This document shows, piece after piece, positions 1 to 11,398 of a stretch of DNA of 64,000 nucleotides. The stretch comes from Ramazzottius varieornatus. Its lineage: Eukaryota > Animalia > Tardigrada. Position numbers and translations under genes: made by a program. Position 1 is the first letter of the stretch, and each line of letters opens with the position of its first letter. The stretch lies in NCBI GenBank assembly GCA_001949185.1, contig BDGG01000003.1, forward strand, positions 1,648,725-1,712,724, in the 5' to 3' direction. The notes under the pieces are model-generated. The model did no database searches. It was not told the DNA's origin and saw only the letters and a list, made by a program, of their open reading frames with translations.

Positions 1-2256
1 GACTTCAGTCGCTACCTGACCATGGTAAAAAATATTGCGATAGTCTACTGGTCAAAATGGGACGTGGGCGAACGAACTAAATTACGTTGTTACTTTAAGC
101 GGCGCACGTTTTTGTTTTACTGGCTGGGCGTCACTTGCGGAAACGATTAAAACTTGGACAAGAGTGATCTTCAAAGTGGCGCATATTTCCGTGTTATTGG
201 CTGGAACTGTGCGCCACTTGAGAAGATATTGAACTATTTTAAACCGTATATGCTCACATCTCAATAATGTTGAGCCAAACATATCAATTATTTCAGGGAC
301 AAATGGGCGCAGTGGAAAAGCGGGATATGACCTCTTACAAGAACAAGACGACGCTCGGTGCGAACCAGAAGCATACCTTCACGCGGTCGATCTTCGGTCG
401 GAACCTCACGAACTACCTTCGAGCCCTCTTTGCCGAAGTGGACATGGGTGATATGATTCAAGAGAATTCCACTGTGGTGATTCGCTCGACTGTATTCTTC
501 GACCGGCTGGACGAGAAGTTGAAGGAGCTGGAAGAAATGGGTGATTCGGGAAAGCGCCGTCTGGCGAACTACATTGGGTGGAGAGTAATCACTAGTAACA
601 TCAAGCACATCTCTCAAGACTATCGGGACACATTCGAGGAGCATCAGCAACGAATACAGGGCCAGAAAAGCAAGAAAGAAAAGACGGCAGCCGAACGGTG
701 TGCAGAAGACCTCAAGATGGCTATGCCCCTGGCAATTGGCGCCATGTATGTCCGAGATTTCGTACCGGCAGAACTGAAACCAAAGGCAAGAATACAAAAC
801 CGATTGTTGAAAGTTTTACAGGCGAACAGATTGCAGTTATATTACGACCCAGATGATACCATATTGGAACGGCAGTCCACTTTATTTATTTCTTCTACGT
901 ATTTTTGTAGGCTTCCATGATGGTCGCTGACATCAAGAACGGGTTTCAAGACTTACTCCAAGTGGCAAGTTGGATGGACAACGTCACGCTGAACACAGCC
1001 TTGGACAAGCTTAGTGGAATGCTCAACTTTGTGGGTTACCCGGGCGAACTCCAGCAAAATATTACTGCGGTAGATGAGGAGTACAGCGAGGTATGGTGCT
1101 AAGGTGTGTGCTAGCGTGCAGATTTGCCCATGGTTTAGTTATTTTGACGCCCTCATTACAGATGCACGTTGGTGAGAATTATTTCGAGACAGTTCAGGAG
1201 CTGAGCAAAGTTCAAGTGGTGAAGAACATGAAGAAGCTGCCCAAAGAAAACAAACGTTGGGACCCTATCGATGATGCCATGGATATCACTGCCGTCAATG
1301 CGTTCAACCTGGTAACGAAGAATATCATAGGTGTGTGGACTCACTGTAACAAAACGAGTAAGAAGTCTGGGATATCCAGTTCTCGAGCTCCAACTCGAAT
1401 TTGAATGTAAATTGTAGACACATGCCGCAGCTTGTTTCTACATTGGAAAAGCAGACTGATACACAAGACTTGCGGTTCTTTTTCCAGTGGTTTTGGCTGC
1501 TCCTCTACAGCAGCCTTTCTATGACGCCCAAGTACCCCAATACATCAACTATGGCGGCGTTGGATTCTTCCTTGGCCACGAAGTAACCCACGGCTTCGAC
1601 GATCAGGGTAAGGAAGTGGCTTCCTTTGTCTCGATTCCCTTGTTCTGACTGAGCTTCAGCCGCGGTTCTTCGTTTAGGTTCCTCGTTCGATACACAAGGC
1701 CTAATGCGCACGTGGTGGTCGAACACAACCAAAAAGCTATATGATGAAAAGAAGCAAGGCTTTGTAGAGCAGTACGGCAATTATTCACTCTCGCTCGGCA
1801 AGGTCAACGGTCAGCTTACTCTCGGTGAGAATATTGCGGACAACGGAGGCCTGAAAGCTGCATACCGAGTAAGAACGTTAGCATTCGGTCTATTGTGAGG
1901 TATTGTGAGCTATTGTGAGCAGTCAATCACTATTCCGAGTGCATGTTCAATGACTTGCGTTATGATGACAGGGTTACTTTGACCATTTCCGCCAGCGAGT
2001 CAAAGGTAATCGGGAGCCTTTACTACCGGGCATGACCAACTTCACTGCCGAACAGCTCTTCTTCCTTTCCGCCGGCCAAGTGTGGTGCTCCAGCCACCGT
2101 CCCGAATCATCCAGGCTCGATCTCCTGACTGATGAGCACAGTCCGTCCAAGTTCCGCGTCGTCGGTCCTCTGTCCAACATGGTCGAGTTCGCCAGAGCCT
2201 ACAAATGCCCAGTGGGCAGCAAGATGAATCCCAAGCACAAGTATTCCGTCTGGTAG
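1..2256 (+). CDS. Neprilysin-like M13 zinc metallopeptidase, copy 1 (5' end outside the window)
   Basis: Spliced exons (~<1-24, 296-785, 911-1090, 1162-1330, 1488-1607, 1678-1868, 1972-2256) encode LANYIGWRV, WMD, VNAF, GHEVTHGFDDQG (HExxH), GENIADNGG and HSPSKFRV...CPVGSKMNP..SVW. Confidence 0.95.
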
Positions 2257-2750
2257 ACTTTAAGCTTTTCTTCATGCTTCGAATTTTGATCTTTTGTCCT
2301 GCGATACTTTTGTAGGAGCTCTGTTCTCGAACGAACAGTAATCTGCTTGGCTTCTGTTTTCAAGTACGTTGCACGAACGACAAAAATGAGTTCTTCGATA
2401 CTGTAATCTAATTTTTCATAATGACCGTGAATACGATCAAAATGAGCTGTCCGACCAGTAGACGCGCGTTTTTATCTTTGATTATGATTGTGAATTATTG
2501 GTTCCTTGTTTCAATTTGTTTGGCGCTTTAACGACATTAGCATTTTATGAGTTCGACGTGCTTCGCTTTTCACTGTACAAAGATTTTTCTTTCGTTTCAA
2601 AACTGTGTTAAAATTAGTCGCTCCGTTCCTTCCATAATTCGTTCTGAAAACTATCGGTCTGAAGCAAAGAATAGCGGGTCGAGATATAGCGGGAGTTTGT
2701 GCTCTGCATTTTGTTGAATATTTGTGAAGTTTCGATCTCGTGAAGACTCG

Positions 2751-5700
2751 ATGATGGCACAGCGCCATTTTGACCTCAAACAGTGGCTGGTGATTCTTTC
2801 TGGTTTTTTTGCTGTACAACCGTTGTGCGAGGCGCAGAGGACGGACATCGGTGTAAGCACACCTGTGCCGCTAAATCTGAGTACCACGGTAGTATCGGTG
2901 CCCGGAAACTCCACCCCGGTCGAAGTTTGCACAACGGAGGGTTGCATAGCCATAGGTAAGTTATCAATAAAATTGCCACAGAATTGATCCTAGCCGGTGG
3001 AACATGCAAACGCTGAAACCTTATGTACGAATATTTCCTAGCTGACCAAATTTTGTCCGGAATGAATTTTTCGGCGGACCCATGCGACGACTTTTTTGCC
3101 TTTGCCTGCGATAATTACATTGCTAAACACCCTCTCGGTAATCGCAAACAGTTTAACGTGATCGGTGAGCTGAGGGCCCAAGCTGAGCAGCAAGTCACAG
3201 GTAACGTCTGGGTTTGTCAAATATGGGTGGAACTTATGGCAGGCACTCATCCTGTAAAGATTTCATTCTACAGATATGATGGAACCAAACGCCAATGACA
3301 CAATGACGCTTTCTGACGCGGAGCTGAAAGCCAAGCGAATATATGCCCAATGCATGCAAAACCGTACGGTCATATCTGGGAGGCCCGTGCAGACGAAACG
3401 TACAAGATTAATTTTTTAAGTCGCGCATGCTTCCATCCGTTATAACGAGAAGGTGCACCGCTTGAGGTAACGATCTTGTACGTTCTCGTTTTTCGACCAC
3501 CCATCGCCTAAATATCATAAGCGGTTCGGTCAACGGGTTTTTGGGGCTATGTCTTTGGTTTCAGGTTTGGCCAAGAAGCCAGATGTTGAACCGCTGCTCC
3601 GGTTCATGAATGCCATAATGCTCAGCGGATGGCCCATGTTGAAACCATCTTGGGACTCTTCCTCGTTCAACCTCTACAACGTGCTGCTGAACATGTCGAG
3701 TTTTGGCGTTCAGCCCTTTTTCATCACCGAGCTTGTACAGGACGTCGGAGACCCAACCCACAACCTCATCACTTTCGGCCAACCCACCACCTTTGCATCT
3801 AAAGACACCCTTCAGAGCGATATTGGTCAACAAGTGACGGTTTCGTATTTTGAGTACGTCGTCGGTGCAACGCGGCTTTTGCTGAAGCAGAGCGGTGTGA
3901 ACCGATCCGTGTCCGCTGTTATGAACGACGCAATGGACATCGTCGACCTCGAAATCGACCTCGCCATGGTAAACCAACGACCCTCAGTCCATCTTGGTTT
4001 GTCGGAGATAAATTGGAATGTCGGCAAATCACTCAAACATGATCATCTTCCCAAGTGACGCACAGTTCCTGCCAGTAACAATGAAAGCGTGCTCCACTTG
4101 AGAAAACTCATGTTCAGTTCATCCCCGACGTCAAAGTTATATTGATGTTTCTAGGCCGGTCTGGGTGACGTCGAACAACGGGACATCACCATGCTGAAAG
4201 ACAAAATGTCGCTCGGAATGTTCCAAAATAACTTCCTGAACCAATCCTCCTTCTTCCGCCAGTTCACCAGTTTCACACGCGACCTGTTCACGTTGGCCAT
4301 TCTCTCCAACGAAATCGACAGGAACACGACTGTAGTACCAATGACCGCGGAGGTCTTCCGTCGGATCGATGGTTTACTGGCATCTTTGGAAAGTTTAGGA
4401 GATGTTGGCAGACGCCGGATAGCTAACTACGTCGGGTGGCAGCTGGTCAACGCAAACTTGGCGTACTTGACGAAAGATTTTGCAATAGTACGCCAGGAAT
4501 ATTTGAGCAAGATTGGAATGTCAGCCAGCGATCCCAAAGATGACACTGCAGCAGTCGAGTGCGGTAAGAGTCTCCGACAAGTTATGCCTCTCGCCGTGGC
4601 TTCGATTTACGTTAGAAACTTTGTCCCACCGGACCTGCAACCTAAGGTATAACTACATAGATTCAGACCAGGAAGTGAAATAGAATACAGCACTGGATTT
4701 TCTGTCAGGCGGCGATGATGATAACAGACGTCAAAGCGGGTTTCGGACAAATGCTACGAACAGCGAACTGGATGGATGATGCTACTACCACCACCGCATT
4801 GCAGAAACTGCAAAATATGCTTGTCTTTGCGGCTAACTCGAAAGAGATCACGGACAACGCAACCGCGTTGAACAGAGAGTACAGCGAGGTCCGTGCCGCG
4901 TAATAACGAGACCAAAAGTAAACTGGTGGCGGATATTACATCTTTCCGCAGGTCAAAATCGGAGATACTTTTTTGGACACTATGCAGATCATCATCAGGC
5001 TGAAGGTTACCAAAAATCTGCGGAAACTGACCCAGATGAACGTCCGACCGGACCCATACAACGATGCATACGATATCACTACAGTTAATGCATACAACGA
5101 ACCGATTGAGAACCAGATAGGTAACTGCCGAAGTATACCTGCCTACCTGCAGTATTCTGTTAGTTGTTGAAGTGGACTTGTTTGCAGTTATTCTAGCCGC
5201 TATTCTTCAGTCTCCGTTTTACGACTCCCAAGTACCACAGTATATGAACTATGGAGGTATCGGCTTTGTGATTGGACACGAAATATCTCATGGATTTGAT
5301 GACCAAGGTACGCTCCAGTTGACCTGAGTTCTTGGCACAAAACGCACCTCTGAATACAATATACGCATATTGCGCGGAATATTCTCGATTTCGAACAGAG
5401 CAAACTTGTTTTTATAGGATCTCGGTTCGATGCGAACCAGCTTTTGCGAGACTGGTGGACCGACACGACCCGAGAGCTCTACGACAACAAAAAGGGTGGT
5501 TTTGTGAAACAGTACAGTAGTTTTTGTACCGAAGAAGTTGGTTGCTTGAATGGCAGACTGACGCTTGGAGAAAACATCGCAGATAACGGCGGAATCAAGG
5601 CCGCTTACAAGGTACCATAACTATCATAGCAGCGTTCTCAGATCGATCACACTAAAGTCAGAAAACGTGTATTCTTAATTTTTTAGTTAGTAACGTTTCC

Positions 5701-5999
5701 GACTTGATTTCCAGGCCTATTTTGACTTCTTCAAGCTTCGCGTGAAGGGCGAACCGGAAGTCAGTCTTCCCGGTTTCACCGACTTCTCACCCGAGCAGAT
5801 GTTCTTCCTGTCTGCGGGACATTTGTGGTGTGGGAGCACCAGTCTTGAGAAAGCACAGCTTCTCCTACTTACCGACCCGCATAGTTCAGCTCGATTCCGG
5901 GTGAATGGTCCCCTGTCAAACAGCCCTGAATTTGGTCAGGCTTACAAATGCCCTTTGGGGTCCAAAATGAACCCGACACAAAAGTTCTCTGTATGGTAG
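2751..5999 (+). CDS. Neprilysin-like M13 metallopeptidase, copy 2, probably secreted
   Basis: Short hydrophobic N-terminal segment ([17 protein letters not shown]), [64 protein letters not shown]. Most intron positions match copy 1. Confidence 0.95.
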
Positions 6000-6132
6000 T
6001 TTCCTCCTGCATTAGATTTCAGACTTTGCTCCATCGGCATCCCTCTCATGTGTACTGTCTGAGTTCACTATGGAATCATTTCGGTTTCGTTATTTTAAAC
6101 TGATAATTTATTTATCTTTTGTTTAAAGTGTA

Positions 6133-6398
6133 GAAGGCTCGGCGAAGCTAGAATAAGCCGCTTTAGCCGTTCTTAGCCGTGGCTAACAATATTTTAGCCG
6201 CGGCTAAAGCAGCTGAAATACTTTTAGCCACGGCTAGAATGTATTGTGCGTTCGATTGATTTATTGATGTTGAGTCGGCTGAAATAGTTTTGGCATCAAT
6301 AAATCATTCGAACGCGCATACATTCTAGCCGTGGCTAAAAGTATTCCAGCTGCTTTAGCCGCGGCTTAAATGGCTTATTTTAGCTTCGCCGAGCCTTC
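6133..6398. mobile_element. Foldback MITE with TA target-site duplication (Tc1/mariner-type)
   Basis: TA-GAAGGCTCGGCGAAGCTA...TAGCTTCGCCGAGCCTTC-TA termini. Almost the whole element is a palindrome with internal TTAGCCGNGGCTA subrepeats; no coding capacity. Confidence 0.85.
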
Positions 6399-7120
6399 TA
6401 TAGTTGAAAGCCGTTTCCTTGTTCGCCAACAGCAGAAAAGAGTACCCGGACTTAGTTTACGCATACGAGCTCGTACCGCACCGCACCATACTGACGGGAA
6501 GCAGAGATCTTATCAGCTGATCTTTCCCGGTAGTGGGATGATCGAAAGCTAATCTTAACTTCCTAAAACGGCCAAGTTGACCCGCCTCGCGAACTAAAAA
6601 CTATGGCCGTAGAAGAATCCATAAAAAATGTTGGATGGGTTGGCCAGGAGGCTAAAAGTACCACCCATCGGTAGATGAAACAGAGCTTAGATATCTGCAT
6701 GCTTTCAACATAGCCAAACCCTCATGGGTGATTCGCGTATCGCGCATTTTTTCCTGCCTGTCTTCTACTCTCCCTCGACCGGCCTGCTTTTTCAAAACAA
6801 AAAATTGCTTCGTATCAATGGAACATCAGTTCCTTCTTGTCTCGTGCCACCGTGCCACCGCTTTCCTGTATTCTTCCATAGCTGATGTTGATCTATCGAA
6901 TCCAACACCCTGTTACCACTTTAGAACCACCATCAAAAGCTTTCGAAACGTGTTTCGAATCCAGAATGTCTAGAATTAGCAGAAAGAGGCGCTGTGCGCG
7001 CCAAGCGGAGGTGTTCCGATATTTGGTATTTGCCTTATTAGATACTCGCAAACGTCCCTGGCACGATCTGTAGAGGTTGCACACATGCCTCGCAATGTAC
7101 AGTATTAGAGCTGCGTCAAG

Positions 7121-7785
7121 TCAGAGCATACGACTTTGATCTCGAAGGTTATCGTTCGGCCGGTCTTTCGGTTCGTTATGGTGCTTTACAGCAACAGGAG
7201 GCTGGACTAGTGCCGACGCATCCGCGCCACTTCGTATTCTCCTGTCGGTCGGGTTTGTCAGGTCGGTCTCCGAAAAATGTTTCACTCCGGTCTCCTTCAT
7301 GAATTGTCCATTTCGATCCCGCAAGTATAACATGAGATGAAAGGGAGGCTCAAGGTCGCTTGCATCGTCATGCTTCTCCAAAATGCCGAAATCGGCCGCA
7401 TGCAATGTCATCGAATTATGAAAAACTTCCCGGTGGTTCGTCGTCGGGTTGACGAAAACCAGCTTCATGTCTGTAGGAATAGCTCCGGTAGATTCTTCCA
7501 GCATTCTCTATCGGAAAAAAATGCTCTTCGAGAAATTCAGCTATATACTGTAATCCACGGATTTCCCATTACCTTGATCTCTAAACCTGTAGTGAGCTTA
7601 TTGACTTTCAGTCTAAAGGTGGCGCCATCGGCGCTTTCCACTGTGAGCAGTATTGATCCATTTTTTTCAATATCATCGAGATCAGACGTCTCTGGTGGAG
7701 GCGAAAGGGTCCGCTGTGGATCGTGTTGCCCTCTTCGGTGTACCCTTGTCAAAGAGTTCTGGGCACCCAAAACATTATGAAACAT
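7121..7785 (-). CDS. Ubiquitin-like (beta-grasp) domain protein, possibly a divergent elongin-B-like protein
   Basis: Exons 7785-7573 and 7507-7121 join in frame across a 65-nt GT-AG intron: ILLTVESADGATFRLKVNKLTTGLEIK|RMLEESTGAIPTDMKLVF...TLHAADF. Confidence 0.6.
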
Positions 7786-10700
7786 GATAAACCCACTTTT
7801 GAGTCACTGTACGAGTAATGGAAGTTCACAAGGCACAAAGCTAAGCACCGAAGTAGCTTGCAAGACTCAACGCCTTGTCTGGACGAACGTAGATTTCGCC
7901 CAGCAACCTCGAAAAAATCTCTGAGGTTGGTATCCTTCATAATTAGCTTTGAACATCCCGAAGCTTCTGGGTCGGATTGTGTAACCCGGAAGTCATGACG
8001 CAGGCTTGAGACCACTGTAGAATACGCCTTTTGAAATATCTGTCACAAGGCTCAATCTCAGCGGCTGCGCGCCGCCACCTCAGCCCAATGCAGCCGTGGT
8101 CCCATGGGATATCAACGATAGAGTCCCTGGAGGTTAACCATACCGATCTGGAGATGTGCCCTTTTCTGTCCCAATCTCTCATGAATGACAAGATAAACAT
8201 AGATTGAATCGTGCTGCTGTAGCCGTTTGCCAGTTTCACTTAACCATGCTTTACATTGGTGTTCTGAGGGGTGTCGTAATGGGGTCACTTGAAAGCCATG
8301 TAATTGCTGGAAAGTTGTTTCGCACATCTTGCCGGATTCTCACGGCGGTATACAGCCTGTACCTCCAACACCGACCAATGTTGACTTTCCCTTAGGGGCA
8401 CATGCTTAGTATTTTCTCGTGCACGTGTGTTTGTTCAGCGCTCAGTTAAGCTCAGTGTATTATTGTTACGCAACGGAAAACCGCTCCCAGAAATTCAGAG
8501 AGACGCGTGCTTTTGTTTGGCTGACATACGTTGACTTAAAGAGACTGCTGTGTTCGCAGGAAAGAGCGGGTTCGTCATGTGAAAAGGGAAGTACGATCAA
8601 TAAGTGCCCAGCAAGGAACAAAACAGTGGCATGGTAATCTTTGCCTTAATGGTTTTTCCACAATGTCAGTTGTGCTCCTCGCGCTCATATTTCATGAAAG
8701 ACAATCATCATAGGAATACCATTCGGACTATCTTTTCGGATGAAATACTTTCAAATCCCATAGGTAATCTAAGTCATCTGCGAGGGGATAATCCATGAAG
8801 CTCTGATAACATTGCTGACCGTTTCATACGTCGCGTTTACTTTTTGCGTTGAGTTAACTGTCCAGCGGTCAGGAAGGTAACGAAGCCCCATAAGTCCAGT
8901 TTTGCTCTTCTCCGCGGCCACATGTGAATTTTCAATCAGTCCCTCGAACGGCGTGTAAGAGAAGAGGTCGAGAGCGAGGGAATTGGTGAATCGATGGTGA
9001 AGTTATGATCATTTGGGCCAGCGGCAGAGTAGATCAGAAAGGCGTGGCTAGTTTAGGAAGTATGGAGAGAAAACCAAGAGAAAACTATTTCCAATTGGCC
9101 AATCAAGACTGCAAAAGTCAAAGGTTCTTTTCACCGATTGGTTGCATGCGAATATTCTTTAATTTTTTGCCTGCTCTATATGATGTCATCGGACCACGCC
9201 TTACTGTTCTACTCTGCCGCTGGCCCATCTAACGTACACGGAAGTCTATTCAGAGATTACTATAGCACTGATGGATTCTCAAGATGTCGGAGTATTGTGT
9301 TTGGTTGCTGGAGCTTGCCCAGATTTCCCGCTGAGAGGAGAAGGGTTCTGGGTTGAGTGCACCACAATCACAGCAACTACTTGCCCATGAAGTCAGTCTG
9401 GAAGCAAATCCCATTTGCGCCGCAATTTGCACCAAATATCAATAACCATCGTTACAGTTTGCACTGAGAGAACACTGCACGTAGAAAAATGTTACGGTCT
9501 ACACTGGAGTGCAAAGTCTACTGGCGCTAAAAGGTTCAGGAAGTAATCACGGGAGCGAAAAAGGTGGGTGGATAACTTTGGTCTTCCGCAAAGCAGAGAT
9601 AATAAAAGATGGCAAGCCGACACTTAATGATGGCACTAAACGACTGCAAGTCGCCACCCTGTTTTTTCGCTTTGTCTTGTTCGACGTCCGAGACGCCAAC
9701 GTCCTCATTACTCGTCCCAATAACTACATCTCCTTCTACGGATAAGTGATGGTTCCTCGGCCTCAGTCATTATTTACAATCAAAAGGCAGTCGTCGTTTT
9801 CCTTGGTCAATGTGTTACACTCCGCGTCGTCGTTCTAACTCTTTTTCGGTATTTCGTTTCCCAACGTAGCGTTCACTACCGTAACAAACTTGAGAGTTGA
9901 GAGTCTTTACCACATTTTATAACAGGATCTTGAAGACGAGCAGGCTCGTGCTTGGTATTCTTCGTCTATCCTATTTTCTCTCCTGATCAAGCTTACTCGA
10001 TATAGAGCCACTTTTCCTCGCTAGAAGATTAAGTTAACTTCCGGATACCCACCCGACAGCTCTTCCCAGTTTTGCGTGGGGAAACGTCGTCTAGCATAAT
10101 CTCGAATAATGCAGTATCACTTGACAAGTGTTCTTCGTGTCTGCCACGAACGGGCCTGTGATTGGATCTCATCAAATCCCATTATCGGCGGATACACGTA
10201 CAGTATAAACTAACATCACCAATATTGTTTTTTCTTGTGCGACAGTGTTGTATTCTGTCTGGGCGTAATTTAGGTACTCAACGCTCAGTCAAGCGAGACA
10301 AGTGAACTAAAGACTGATATCGAAAATTGACGGACAGTAGAACTGAGTTGCAAAAGCTAGTTTTTACTATTCAGTCTCAGTGGACCAGCTGTGCTTGATT
10401 GATCGAAAGGACGGAATTTATGCAGGAGACTGAATACAACACTGTTGTGCGACGATCCCCCGACGCCCCCTTAGCATCGCAGCAGATGATCTCGCTCGGA
10501 AGGTACCCGTAGTGTAACGTAAGGTTGTCATTTCACTACCCATCCATCTTGATTGGACATACTGTTGAGCTCGGGATCCTTCCGATGGCTAGAGACGACG
10601 GTCGGGACCGAAAACTGATCATATCCAGTTTGTGTTGTTGAGGCACGTGGGCGCCACCTGTGTTGTCCGTCTGTGATCGGTGGAAGGATGAGCGACACTA

Positions 10701-11398
10701 CATCCCCACCAGTCCTCATTTCCGTATTGTGATTGTGATCCACTGAAAACTAAGCATCGATCAGTTTATGTGAACACTGGATACGTGTTGTTATCGGTGT
10801 TCTTTTTGCGTACTGTTGACGGCCTGCAGCCAGTTAGTCAGGAACCGTGGTGTCAACACGTGCTCGTGGTGTCAGCTTACTCTGTTGCCGCAGGAGGAAC
10901 TAACGTAAGGAAGTGCGCGAGAGGCACAGAGTCAAAGAGGAAACCCAGCGTATACGGGCGCGCATCTGTAACAGTGAGCCCTCCAACCAAAGACGGGATT
11001 AATAAGGAAATCACATAAAAATATCAGTATTCCCAGCAGCGGCTATTGGCCAGTCTCCGCCGCTACCAACGCGCGACCAGCCCACGATTCCCCGTTGAGG
11101 ACCTGAAGTCGTATGAGCTGCATCGAGGCTGTCAAGAGCCTTGTCCAAGTGCGTGCCACGCTTTGGCAGCTTCCACAGTCCCACTCCACACTGACGTGAA
11201 TAACCCAATTGTTGGTGCGGAAGGCACTGGGCTCTATGCTGTGATCCGGCAACACACAGCTCAGGCAGGCAAGCCAACCAAAACCAAAGGGGAAGGGGAA
11301 GAGGAAGAGGAAGGAGAAACCCCGAAGGAAGCCGGGGGAAGCTCAAGGGAGTCCATACACCGACGTACGCGGCCCCGTGCAAAAGACCGCAGCTCAAC

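Noticed and set aside
1891-1920. TATTGTGAG(G/C) x3 tandem repeat
   Set aside because: A simple intronic slippage duplication.
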